Below are positions 16,363 to 25,036 of a DNA stretch of 29,687 nucleotides, one piece after another. The notes under the pieces were generated by a model. It was given only the letters and a program-made list of their open reading frames with translations. It ran no database searches and was not told the origin of the DNA. Within the stretch, counting starts at the first letter, position 1. Each line of letters opens with the position of its first letter. Location of the stretch: IMG/VR virus record IMGVR_UViG_3300043185_000108, positions 1 through 29,687 of that record; one strand, given 5' to 3'. Position numbers and translations under genes: made by a program. The stretch is from a virus. Its lineage: Duplodnaviria; Caudoviricetes.

Positions 16363-16614
16363 ATGTCGCGCAAATGTCTCGCGTGCGGGCGTCGCCCCGC
16401 CGCGACGACGCCGGAATGGCCGGCGTTGTGTTCATCGTGTCTCAACCGCACCGGCGAACGCATCAAGCCCGGTGCCCGTGTGATCTGCGAAGTCGATGAC
16501 GGGTGCAGCGGGACCGTCAACCGCATCGAAAACGGTCTGGCGGTCGTGACCACCAACGACGGCAAGGAGGCCTGGGTGCCGATCCCGGAATCGATCCGCG
16601 TCACGAGACGATAG
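16363..16614 (+). CDS. Small hypothetical protein (CxxC pair plus SH3/KOW-like segment)
   Basis: GGGAGG RBS; CLAC...CSSC then IKPGARV...GTVNRIENGLAVV...EAWVP. Confidence 0.55.
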   Translation: MSRKCLACGRRPAATTPEWPALCSSCLNRTGERIKPGARVICEVDDGCSGTVNRIENGLAVVTTNDGKEAWVPIPESIRVTRR

Positions 16615-16972
16615 CCATCCTTGGGGGCATCGCCCGGCAATCCACCAGCCGGGCGATGTCCACATACCGCACCGGCTTGCCCAGCTCCCGCGCGATCCGA
16701 ATCTCCTCCCGCACGCCAATGCTCTCCTGCCAACCGTCCAACATCAGAACCACGACCTCATCGCACCGGGCCAGATGCTCGCGGTCGTGCCGTTCCCAAA
16801 ACGACCAATCCGTCGGCAGGCCATGCTCCACAAGCGGATGGCTATGAGCGATCGGCGAAAAGACCGCGTGGCCGGTTTGCATGAGCGCCACGGCCGCGCG
16901 GCATGCATCTCGGAATCGCTTTTCGCGGACGGCTGGGTCGGGATGCGAATAAGGACTGGCAAGGTAGATCAT
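16601..16972 (-). CDS. DUF1937-family protein (nucleoside deoxyribosyltransferase-like fold)
   Basis: IYLASPYSHPD...VFSPIAHSH...CDEVVVLMLDGWQESIGVREEI..A..LGKPV; ATGA coupling to the methyltransferase gene. Confidence 0.8.
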   Translation of the reverse strand: MIYLASPYSHPDPAVREKRFRDACRAAVALMQTGHAVFSPIAHSHPLVEHGLPTDWSFWERHDREHLARCDEVVVLMLDGWQESIGVREEIRIARELGKPVRYVDIARLVDCRAMPPRMAIVS

Positions 16973-18285
16973 GCCGTCGCCTCCTCCGGCACGACGCTGA
17001 TCCGTTCCGCTTTCCGTCCCGTGAACTTCTCGAAGCGCTGGACGATGACGTCGCAGTACAGCGGGTCCAATTCCATCAAGAACGCGCGCCGCCCCGTCTG
17101 CTCGGCGGCGATCAGCGTCGAGCCCGACCCACCGAACAGGTCAATCACGTTCTCCCCGACCCGCGACGAATACTGCATCGCTCGCACGGCCAGCTCGACC
17201 GGCTTCTCGGTGAGGTGGATCATCGACTGCGGGTTGACCTTCTTGATCGGCCAGACATCGACGGCGTTGTTCGGGCCGAGGAAAACGTGCGCCGCGCCTT
17301 CGCGCCAACCATAGAAGCACCACTCGTGGTTCCCCATGAAGTCTTTCCGCGTCAGCACCGGGTGCTCCTTCACCCAGATGATCGCCTGCGAAAAGTACAA
17401 TTCGCACGCCTTCAGCACCGGCGGATAGTTGGCGACGTTGGCGTAGCCGCCCCAGATGTAGAAGCCCCGGCCCGGCAGCAGCACCCGCGCGAGGTTGCCG
17501 AACCAGGCATGGAGCATGCGGTCGAAGTCGTCGTCGGAAACGAAATCGTTGGCGAGCGGCCGGTCCTTGGCGCGGAGCTTTTTGTCGGTCGGCTTGGCCT
17601 TCTCCGGGTGCCGGACCACATCCAGCTTCTGGTGGTGAGTCGTCCCGAACGAGCTGAGGCCGGCGGCGATGGCGTTGTTGGAACGCGGCTCAACCTTCAC
17701 GTTGTAGGGCGGGTCGGTGTTGACCAGGTGAATCGCCGCGCCGTCGAGCAGCCGGTCCACGTCCTCTGCCTTGCCGGCATCGCCGCAGACCAATCGATGA
17801 TCTCCGAGCAACCACACGTCGCCTGGCTGCGTGGTCGCCTCGTCCGGCGGGGCGGGCACGTCGTCGGGATCGCAAAGACCGTCCTTCACGCCAGCGTCGA
17901 GCAGCTTGGCCAGTTCGTCCTGGTCGAAGCCGAGCAGGCCGAGGTCGTAGTTCATGCCCTGCAACTCGGCGAACTCGATGGGCAGCAGATCGTAGTTCCA
18001 GTCCGACAGCTCGGCGGTCTTGTTGTCGGCGATGCGGTACGCCTTGATCTGTTCGGGTGTCAGGTCCTTGGCGACATGGACCGGCGCCTTCTCCAGGCCG
18101 AGCTTCAGCGCCGCCTTGTAGCGGGTGTGGCCGACGATGATGACGCCCTCGGTGTCCACCACGATCGGTTGGCGGAACCCGAATTCGCGGATCGATGCCG
18201 CCACGGCCTCGACGGCATCGTCGTTGACGCGGGGGTTGCCGAGATAGGGCTTGATCTCGGACAGCTTGCGAAGCTCGATCTTCAT
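16969..18285 (-). CDS. ParB-N-terminal-domain fused N6-adenine/N4-cytosine DNA methyltransferase (beta class)
   Basis: NPR.N...SIREFGFRQPIVVD...GHTR (ParB/Srx domain); TDPPY, H.TEKPVEL and DLFGGSGST. Confidence 0.9.
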   Translation of the reverse strand: MKIELRKLSEIKPYLGNPRVNDDAVEAVAASIREFGFRQPIVVDTEGVIIVGHTRYKAALKLGLEKAPVHVAKDLTPEQIKAYRIADNKTAELSDWNYDLLPIEFAELQGMNYDLGLLGFDQDELAKLLDAGVKDGLCDPDDVPAPPDEATTQPGDVWLLGDHRLVCGDAGKAEDVDRLLDGAAIHLVNTDPPYNVKVEPRSNNAIAAGLSSFGTTHHQKLDVVRHPEKAKPTDKKLRAKDRPLANDFVSDDDFDRMLHAWFGNLARVLLPGRGFYIWGGYANVANYPPVLKACELYFSQAIIWVKEHPVLTRKDFMGNHEWCFYGWREGAAHVFLGPNNAVDVWPIKKVNPQSMIHLTEKPVELAVRAMQYSSRVGENVIDLFGGSGSTLIAAEQTGRRAFLMELDPLYCDVIVQRFEKFTGRKAERISVVPEEATA

Positions 18286-18339
18286 GGCTCTTCTCCGTGG
18301 AAAGTTCGGTCACACAAAACAAACTCTGCTCTGGTTGGC

Positions 18340-18387
18340 GGCTGTTCCCGCCGGGGGCACGGGCGGCGGATCGGCCGGGAAGTACCT
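18340..18387 (-). promoter_or_regulatory. Candidate packaging (cos) region
   Basis: Minus strand AGGTACTTCCCGGCCGATCCG resembles lambda cosQ and its flank; upstream of the packaging operon. Confidence 0.4.
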
Positions 18388-18388
18388 A

Positions 18389-18656
18389 ACCCATTGACCT
18401 TTTGCGCCCCCTCCCTCGCGTATGCGCGCGTGCGCGGGCGAATGGAATACGCGCGGGATAGATAGCGCAATAGGTCAATAGGTTGTTGTTCTTCTCCATA
18501 AGTTCATTCCCCTTCGATCTTTTTGCTTCCATGCCCACCCCAACCTGTTGCGCTTCCGTTCGACCTATTGCCGCAACGGGTCGGCTATTGCCTGCCGGCC
18601 ACGAACCGGTTGCAAGCGCAATGGGCTGCGTTCCCGCAACGGGTCGGGCAATGGGT
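18389..18656. repeat. Iteron-like CAAYRGGT array around an AT-richer tract; candidate replication origin
   Basis: About ten exact or near copies in both orientations directly downstream of the primase stop. Confidence 0.65.
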
Positions 18657-20750
18657 TCATGCCAGGCGATAGAGGCGCTGGGGCGTTCCACCGGTCTTTC
18701 GCTCCTGGTACTCGAGGAGGCGTTGGTTCAACAGCGTGGTGCGGACCTCCTCGTGCTCGCGTTCGCTCCACGGGTGCTTGCGGTTGATCTGCCAGAAGGG
18801 CATCCAGGCGTCGCCGTGCTTGTCCTGCCAGGTGCGCAACGTGACCACGAGCTTCTTGCACCGGGCGTCGAACTCGTTCTCGCTCACGTACTCGGCGGCC
18901 ATGAACAGCATGCGGCGGGTCTGGTGCTCGACGAAGGCGCATGCCCAGCGGGCGGCGTCGGCGTCGATCCGCGGGTCGAGGTGGCTGGCGCTGCAGGCGT
19001 AGACCAGGGCCAGCCGGCGGGCCTTCTCGTTGGCGCGAGCCCAGATCGCCATGCCCACGGGGTCGCCCTGGTCCTCGGCCAGCGAATACTGGTCGTCGGC
19101 CCGCTGCCGGAACGCCCGCAGCACGTCGCCGGCCTCGGGCGTGTGCTCGACCACCTGGGGGACCGGGTGCCAGTCGGCGAGGTTGCCGCGCTGCTCGCCG
19201 GGCGCGAACTCGACCCACCACCGCGCCGCCTCCAGCACCGACGCGGGTGGGTCGCGGACGACGGCGTCCTGGCCCCGGCCGCGCTTGCCCGTCTCGAGGA
19301 TGAGCATGCGGGCGAAGAAGCCGTTGGTGAGTATCTTCAGCGACAGCGCCTCGTAGTAGTGCTTGGGGATCGCGGTGCCGAAGATGCACAAACAAGGCTG
19401 GTCGATGACGCCGGCCTCCTTGCCGGCCTTGACCCGCATCGGGTACAGCGCGCTGGCGCTCGTGTACATTTTGAGGAGGACGTTCATGATCCCCTCGTGC
19501 CGCGCGTCCTTGCCGAGGTTGATCTTGGTCATGAGGCCGTCGATCTCGTCGGTCTGGAACAGCACCGACGGGTGCAGGAACAGCCGGTCCTCGATCCCCT
19601 CACCACTGGCGAACGTGTCGCCCAGACTCTCGGTCAACCCGGCCTCCAGCAGCACCTTCTGGTTGACTTTGCGCGGATAGTCCTTGCCCGCGCCGGAGTT
19701 GGCCAGGCCCAGGACGTAGAGGTTGGTGCGGTTGTCGGCGGGATCGCGGACCTTGCGGCCGGCGAGCAGGGCCTGCAACGACAGTGCGCCGCAGAACGCC
19801 AGGGTTCGCTCCGGGTACGGCGCGGTCTGGAGCGTGTAGGTCATCACCTCGTCGATGAAGCCGGGCACGCGGAGCAGGTGATCGGGGATCGCGCCGGGGT
19901 CGGGGGTGTCCGGGGCCTCATCGTCCAGTGGCCGCTCCGCGTACATCTGGTCCCAGTGATTTTCGGCCAGGGCCACGGCGACCTGGTCCGGTTCGTAGCG
20001 GGCGACGCTGGCCGCGATCCGCTCGACCTCGCGCGGGGCGAGAGGCGGGCCGCAACGGTCGGCGTTGACGCGCGCCAGGGCGGCGGCCATCTCGGCCTGG
20101 GACATGCCGACCCGACGCATCGACCCCGCCAGTCGCGCCAGGGTCGCGTTGCGTTGCCCCTTGGGGATTTGGTTCGCCCCGGCGTCACCGGCCGCGACGT
20201 GGGCCGCCGTGGGCGAACCGTTGGCCAACCGGTCGAGGTCCGCGACGAGCCACGCGGGCGGCTCGGGCAGGCGGTCGGGCGGGTCGTCGAGTTCGAGGCC
20301 CGGTGCCCAGCGGTACGACTTGCCCTCGACCACGGACGGCGGGGCCACGATGTAGCCGCCGTCGGCGCGGGTATCGACCTTCGGCGCGAGCCGGCCCTCG
20401 GTGCAACGCCAGCCCTTGCCCGCCGGCTGCCGGAACACGCGGTGACTCCCGCCTCGTGGCGTCAGCGCCATCGGCCCCGCCGCCAGCTCGAGCAGCCGGT
20501 CAGGGTCGTCGCCGGGCCATCGATTGCCGTCGCCATCGATGTCGAGGACGATCAGGCCCGCGGTGTGGAGGCCGATGTTGGCATTCGGAGACTGCGTCCA
20601 CCAACGCTCGATCTGCTCGGGGTCGGCCGTCGCGTCATGAAAGCCGTGTTCGGTGAGAGGGTTCTTGCCGCCCGGCGCGCACGGAAACACCCGATAGCCC
20701 ATGTCGGCATAGCGCAGCGCGGCCGTCAGCAACTCGCCGGGCGTCACCAC
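18657..20750 (-). CDS. Bifunctional primase/polymerase (Prim-Pol) with PriCT and C-terminal helicase-like (DUF3987-type) domain
   Basis: YRVFPC..GGKNP, ANIG, VLDID, TPRGGSH, DTRADGGYIVAPPS, GQRNATL, ANSGAGKD (P-loop) and FQTDEID. Confidence 0.9.
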   Translation of the reverse strand: MVTPGELLTAALRYADMGYRVFPCAPGGKNPLTEHGFHDATADPEQIERWWTQSPNANIGLHTAGLIVLDIDGDGNRWPGDDPDRLLELAAGPMALTPRGGSHRVFRQPAGKGWRCTEGRLAPKVDTRADGGYIVAPPSVVEGKSYRWAPGLELDDPPDRLPEPPAWLVADLDRLANGSPTAAHVAAGDAGANQIPKGQRNATLARLAGSMRRVGMSQAEMAAALARVNADRCGPPLAPREVERIAASVARYEPDQVAVALAENHWDQMYAERPLDDEAPDTPDPGAIPDHLLRVPGFIDEVMTYTLQTAPYPERTLAFCGALSLQALLAGRKVRDPADNRTNLYVLGLANSGAGKDYPRKVNQKVLLEAGLTESLGDTFASGEGIEDRLFLHPSVLFQTDEIDGLMTKINLGKDARHEGIMNVLLKMYTSASALYPMRVKAGKEAGVIDQPCLCIFGTAIPKHYYEALSLKILTNGFFARMLILETGKRGRGQDAVVRDPPASVLEAARWWVEFAPGEQRGNLADWHPVPQVVEHTPEAGDVLRAFRQRADDQYSLAEDQGDPVGMAIWARANEKARRLALVYACSASHLDPRIDADAARWACAFVEHQTRRMLFMAAEYVSENEFDARCKKLVVTLRTWQDKHGDAWMPFWQINRKHPWSEREHEEVRTTLLNQRLLEYQERKTGGTPQRLYRLA

Positions 20751-22444
20751 GGAATCTCCTCCTCCGCGGCAACCGCGTTGTATCCGAACGGGAAGTCGAG
20801 CGCCCCCTCGGGCAAGTCCTGCTCATCCAGCGGCGGCGGCGTGTCGCCCAGCCGGTAGCCGACGATCCGGTCGTAGTCCTCGCCCGTGACGCTGCGGACG
20901 GTGATTTCCAGCGTCGGGGCCAGGCATCCCGCCTGGGCCAGGGTGACGGCATCTTCGGCCGAATCGGGCATCGGCTCCGGCGAGCGCCGTCTCCACCAGT
21001 GCACCGCCTTCTGGCGGGCATAGCCGTCGTGCTCGAAGCAGATCCACTCGGATTTGAAGTCGTTGAAGCCCACCTTGTAATCGACCCGCATCGTCCTGGG
21101 CGCGTCGTCGCCCGCGCCGCGCTTGCGGTGGACGCTGTAGAACACGTCCTTAACCACGTGCTTCGTCGTGGTGATCTGCCCGGAGAGAATGCCGGCCTCG
21201 CTCGCCCTGGCCTCGTGCTTGGAACGTTCAGGCGGCGGGAACTCGAAGCCGCACTCCGGGCAACGGGCGTAGCCGGCGGCGACGACCGCATGGCACTCGG
21301 GACATTCCTTGGCCGGGGCCGGGCCAGTGCCGGCGTCGCGCTCCTTGACGCGGATCTGATCGACCGGGCCATGCCGCAGCACGTTGCCGCCGAAATCCAG
21401 CACGAGGCAGTTCGCCTTCGACGCATGCAGCCGGAAACCGCGACCGACCATCTGGTAGTACAGGCCCGCCGACAGCGTCGGCCGAACTAGGGCCACGCAG
21501 TCGATGTGGGGCGCGTCGAACCCGGTCGTCAGCACGTTGACATTGCACAGGTACTTCAGACCGTCGGCCTTGAATCGAGCCAGGATCGCGTCGCGCTGGT
21601 CGATCGGCGTGTCGCCCGTGACGAAGCCGCAGCCGATGCCGTGCTTGTTCTTCAGCACCGTGACGATGTGCTCGCCATGCTTGACGCCGCTGGCGAAGAT
21701 CAGAACCGCCTTGCGGTCGCCGGTGTAGCCGACCGTCTCGCCGCAGGCGGCTTCGACCAGGGCGTCCTGGTCCATGAGGTCCTCAACCTCGCCGGCGATG
21801 TATTCGCCGCCGCGCACGTGCAAGGCGCTGGTATCGACCTTGTTGATGCCGGCCTTCGTGATGAGCGGGCACAGGTAGCCGTCGCGGATCAGTTCGCGGA
21901 CCCCGACCTCGTAGCAGATGGCGTTCAAGAAGCCGTCCGGCGTGCAGATCGGCCCGGTCTTCATCCGAAACGGCGTGGCGGTGAAACCAATGATGCGCAG
22001 GTTCGGGTTGATGACCTTGGCCTCGGCCAGGAACTGCCGGTACATACCATCGCCTTCAAGCGGGATCATGTGCGCCTCGTCGATGACGACGAGATCGAAC
22101 GCGTCCAGCTCGCACGCCCGCCTGTAGACGGACTGGATGCCGGCCACGATGACCGCGTGCGCCGTGTCGCGGCGGTTGAGCCCGGCTGAATAGACGCCGA
22201 AGCGAACCTCGGGGCACACGGCGTTGAGCTTCTCGGTCGCTTGCTCCAGCAATTCCTTGACGTGCGCCAGGATCAGCACGCGGCCGTTCCACTGGCCGAC
22301 CGCGTCCTTGCAAATCGACGCCATGACGGGCGTCTTGCCGCCGGCGGTCGGGATGACCACGCAGGGGTTGTCATCCCGCGTGCGCAGGTGCTGGTAGACG
22401 GCGGCTTTCGCCTCCTCTTGATATGGTCGCAGGATCAGCATCAC
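20744..22444 (-). CDS. SF2 DEAD/DEAH helicase (RadD/YejH-like) with zinc finger
   Basis: LRPYQ, PTAGGKT, IDEAH, TATP, LTTGFDAP, QMVGRGFR and CPEC...CPEC. Confidence 0.92.
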   Translation of the reverse strand: MMLILRPYQEEAKAAVYQHLRTRDDNPCVVIPTAGGKTPVMASICKDAVGQWNGRVLILAHVKELLEQATEKLNAVCPEVRFGVYSAGLNRRDTAHAVIVAGIQSVYRRACELDAFDLVVIDEAHMIPLEGDGMYRQFLAEAKVINPNLRIIGFTATPFRMKTGPICTPDGFLNAICYEVGVRELIRDGYLCPLITKAGINKVDTSALHVRGGEYIAGEVEDLMDQDALVEAACGETVGYTGDRKAVLIFASGVKHGEHIVTVLKNKHGIGCGFVTGDTPIDQRDAILARFKADGLKYLCNVNVLTTGFDAPHIDCVALVRPTLSAGLYYQMVGRGFRLHASKANCLVLDFGGNVLRHGPVDQIRVKERDAGTGPAPAKECPECHAVVAAGYARCPECGFEFPPPERSKHEARASEAGILSGQITTTKHVVKDVFYSVHRKRGAGDDAPRTMRVDYKVGFNDFKSEWICFEHDGYARQKAVHWWRRRSPEPMPDSAEDAVTLAQAGCLAPTLEITVRSVTGEDYDRIVGYRLGDTPPPLDEQDLPEGALDFPFGYNAVAAEEEIPW

Positions 22445-22785
22445 TCGTTCCGAATGCGGACAAGGGTCTTCCCGCCATCGACGGGCTCCCGTTTTACGAT
22501 GGCCAGGCGAACGACCTGGCTGTCATCCAGATAAGCGCCGCCGTGCTGCAGCGCATCGAGTAGGGCTTTTTGCACGTTGTCGATGTCGCGCCGACGGTTG
22601 TCGGGCGGATACACTTCGACTTCCACGGCGAGCGGTCCGTGCAGCGGCTCGCAGGCGAGGGCCGCGAGGATCGCCATGACGCGCTGCCGGAAGCGGCGGC
22701 CTTCGCGGCTGATCAGGGTTCGCGGCCCCACCCGTCGCCAGTAATGATTGATGGACGGCGGATAGGGCAGCACGATCTCGAACAT
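22441..22785 (-). CDS. rusA: RusA Holliday junction resolvase
   Basis: LPYPPSINHYWR...PPDNRRRDIDNVQKALLDAL...DDSQV; TGATG overlap with the upstream stop. Confidence 0.9.
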   Translation of the reverse strand: MFEIVLPYPPSINHYWRRVGPRTLISREGRRFRQRVMAILAALACEPLHGPLAVEVEVYPPDNRRRDIDNVQKALLDALQHGGAYLDDSQVVRLAIVKREPVDGGKTLVRIRNE

Positions 22786-23249
22786 CAAGAGCGCCTCCAC
22801 GGCGGTGCGCTGTTCGCCGACGGCTGTGTGTTCGCCGGAACCGCCGCCAGCGAATCCTTCTTGGCGTAGCCCTTGATCTCGTTGGCCAGCTCGCCGGTGT
22901 CATCGCGCTTCTTGCACTTGACGTGGACCACCAGCGGCAGGTTGTGAAGCTCCACCGAGTCGTTGGGGGCCAGCACGCCCACAGCCCGACAGATCGCGGA
23001 CAACTCCGCGCGCGCGATCTGCACCGCAGTCGCGTTCGGGTTGTCGAGATTCAGGCGAGCCCACAGCAGGCGGTTCTTGAACGGGCCTTCCATGACCTGG
23101 AAGGTGAGCTGGAGAAAGTGCCCGGTGCCGGCCTTGTTGGGCTTCATCTCGCTCTCGGTGACGATGGCCAGATACTTGCCGGCCGGGATCGGATCGAAGT
23201 CGGTGGACGGTTCCACCCGGTTGGCATCGAACCTGGGGAGATCGGCCAA
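22785..23249 (-). CDS. DUF669-family phage single-stranded DNA-binding protein
   Basis: FDPIPAGKY..IVTESEMK....G.G..LQLTFQV.EG....R..W.RLNL...NEIKGY...PPW; TTG start without a clear RBS. Confidence 0.8.
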   Translation of the reverse strand: MADLPRFDANRVEPSTDFDPIPAGKYLAIVTESEMKPNKAGTGHFLQLTFQVMEGPFKNRLLWARLNLDNPNATAVQIARAELSAICRAVGVLAPNDSVELHNLPLVVHVKCKKRDDTGELANEIKGYAKKDSLAAVPANTQPSANSAPPWRRS

Positions 23250-23264
23250 ACAGAAATGGACGAA

Positions 23265-25034
23265 CTACTGGACACGCAGTTGGTTGACGCGCAGGAACTC
23301 CGCCGGGTCGGTGAAGGCCGTGAAGAACAGCGGCTTGCCGGAGAACGCCAGCGGCGAAACGGGACCGACCGCCATGAATGGGAACTCTTGCAGGTCGCGG
23401 CGTGGGAAGCTCTGCGGATCACGGAACGACTGGTAAAGCTCCAGCGACCGTTTGTCGCCGCCGGCGAAGTCTCGCAGCCGGTCGAATTCGGTCCCCATCG
23501 CCAGACCGAAGCCAAAGGCGAGAATCCGCAGCTGCTGGAGAATCTCATTGTCGATGCCGCCGAGCGTTTGGCTGATGAAGAACCAGCCGATGCCGTACTT
23601 CCGCGTTTCGCGCACGGCCCGGCGCAGCAGGGACCGGAGGCGATCCGCCTCGGAGCCTTCGTCCAGCCGGCCGCTCGGCGCATGACGATGGGCCTCGTCG
23701 AGCAGCACGAGCACGTTCGCGCTTTGCTGGGTGCTCAGGGCTGATGTGGCCTGCGCCACCAGGATGTTGAGGAGCTTGGCCAGAATTCTGCGCTGCAATT
23801 CCTCGGACCAGAATCGCTGGTTGCCCTGCCGGGAAATGTCAATCACGATGACCGGGCGGGGAGAATTGCCTCCAGCCGATCCGAGGAGCCGGTTGACGAT
23901 GCCTGGCTGTTGCTGCCCATAGCTGTAAAGCCGGTGCCTGTTCTGCCCCCGCGTAAAGAGCTGGCAAATTGGTTGCCAGGTGTTGGTGAGCAGTTGATTC
24001 TGCGCCTGCTGATCGCCGAGGAACCGTTGGACACGCTGCTGAAGCTGCTGGGCACGCTGCTTGGTCGTGTAGATGAAACCGGCGTTGTTGGGGTCATTGA
24101 CGGCGTTCAGAGCGGCCTGGAGAACTGGAAGCGTCCCCAGGGCGTCGAGGTTGTGCGTCCCCTCCAGGGCGTTACGCACAACCTCAGCGGCCCGGCGAGC
24201 ATTCTCGGCCGATGCGCTCGGAATCTGCAACTGCTCGAAGAACCGCAAGGAGATGAGCATCTCCTCGAAAGTGGTCCAGTCGTCCAGCTGGATGTCGCCG
24301 ATCCTGAAGACCTCGATCGGTCGCCCCTGCGACCGAATCGCCTGGTCAAGCTGCAATCCCTGCTGGCCGACGCGAGTGCCGGAGAGCTCCAGTGAGAATT
24401 CCCCCTGTGGGTCGATGACCAGAATTCCAAGCTGGGGATGGCGGGAGTAGGCGCACAGCATCATCTTTGCCAGGCCCGACTTGCCGGAACCCGTCTTGCC
24501 GAAAACGCCAAGATGGTACGCTTCACCCGCGCCGCCCGCTCCGCTGCCGAAGTGCTTGAACCACATGGGGTAGAGCACGTCGTTCGCGTAGGCTTTCCCC
24601 AGGTAGACGATTTCCTGTTGATAGACTGACAGCAACTGGTTCAACAGTGCCTGATCGACGCGGAACACGCGGGTGCCAGTAGGCGGGACCATGCCCAGCA
24701 CCTCCGGCTCGTAGCCGTTGCTCCCCTGGCGGAACGTCGCGCCGACAACCAGGTCCGCGATGCGGGTGTCCTGCCGGTTGGTGATCGGGGGAATCTCTCC
24801 CGTCCGCTTGACGAGGTTGCGGAAAACGGAGTCCTCGTGCCAGCGGTTTCGCAGCTCGATGCCGACGACCTGGCCAACGGAAATGATGGGCGTGCCGTTC
24901 TGGCTGGCGCGGAACGCTGTCAGCGCGCCTACCATGCGTTCTTCGGTCGCTTCGAGCAGGAGGTCGAGCGTCAGTTCGGTGTTGGACGACGGGCTGCCGA
25001 TCACGGCCACGTCCTGGTTGCGTTCCGCCGACAT
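23265..25034 (-). CDS. herA: HerA-family ATPase/DNA translocase (N-terminal HAS barrel)
   Basis: HLGVFGKTGSGKS, IDPQGEF, LLDEAH and RETRKYGIG..FISQ; GAGGAGG RBS 2 nt after the nurA stop. Confidence 0.88.
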   Translation of the reverse strand: MSAERNQDVAVIGSPSSNTELTLDLLLEATEERMVGALTAFRASQNGTPIISVGQVVGIELRNRWHEDSVFRNLVKRTGEIPPITNRQDTRIADLVVGATFRQGSNGYEPEVLGMVPPTGTRVFRVDQALLNQLLSVYQQEIVYLGKAYANDVLYPMWFKHFGSGAGGAGEAYHLGVFGKTGSGKSGLAKMMLCAYSRHPQLGILVIDPQGEFSLELSGTRVGQQGLQLDQAIRSQGRPIEVFRIGDIQLDDWTTFEEMLISLRFFEQLQIPSASAENARRAAEVVRNALEGTHNLDALGTLPVLQAALNAVNDPNNAGFIYTTKQRAQQLQQRVQRFLGDQQAQNQLLTNTWQPICQLFTRGQNRHRLYSYGQQQPGIVNRLLGSAGGNSPRPVIVIDISRQGNQRFWSEELQRRILAKLLNILVAQATSALSTQQSANVLVLLDEAHRHAPSGRLDEGSEADRLRSLLRRAVRETRKYGIGWFFISQTLGGIDNEILQQLRILAFGFGLAMGTEFDRLRDFAGGDKRSLELYQSFRDPQSFPRRDLQEFPFMAVGPVSPLAFSGKPLFFTAFTDPAEFLRVNQLRVQ

Positions 25035-25036
25035 GT

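Noticed and set aside
16903-20858. Long plus-strand ORFs 16903-18465 and 18483-20858
   Set aside because: Antisense shadows of the methyltransferase and primase genes.
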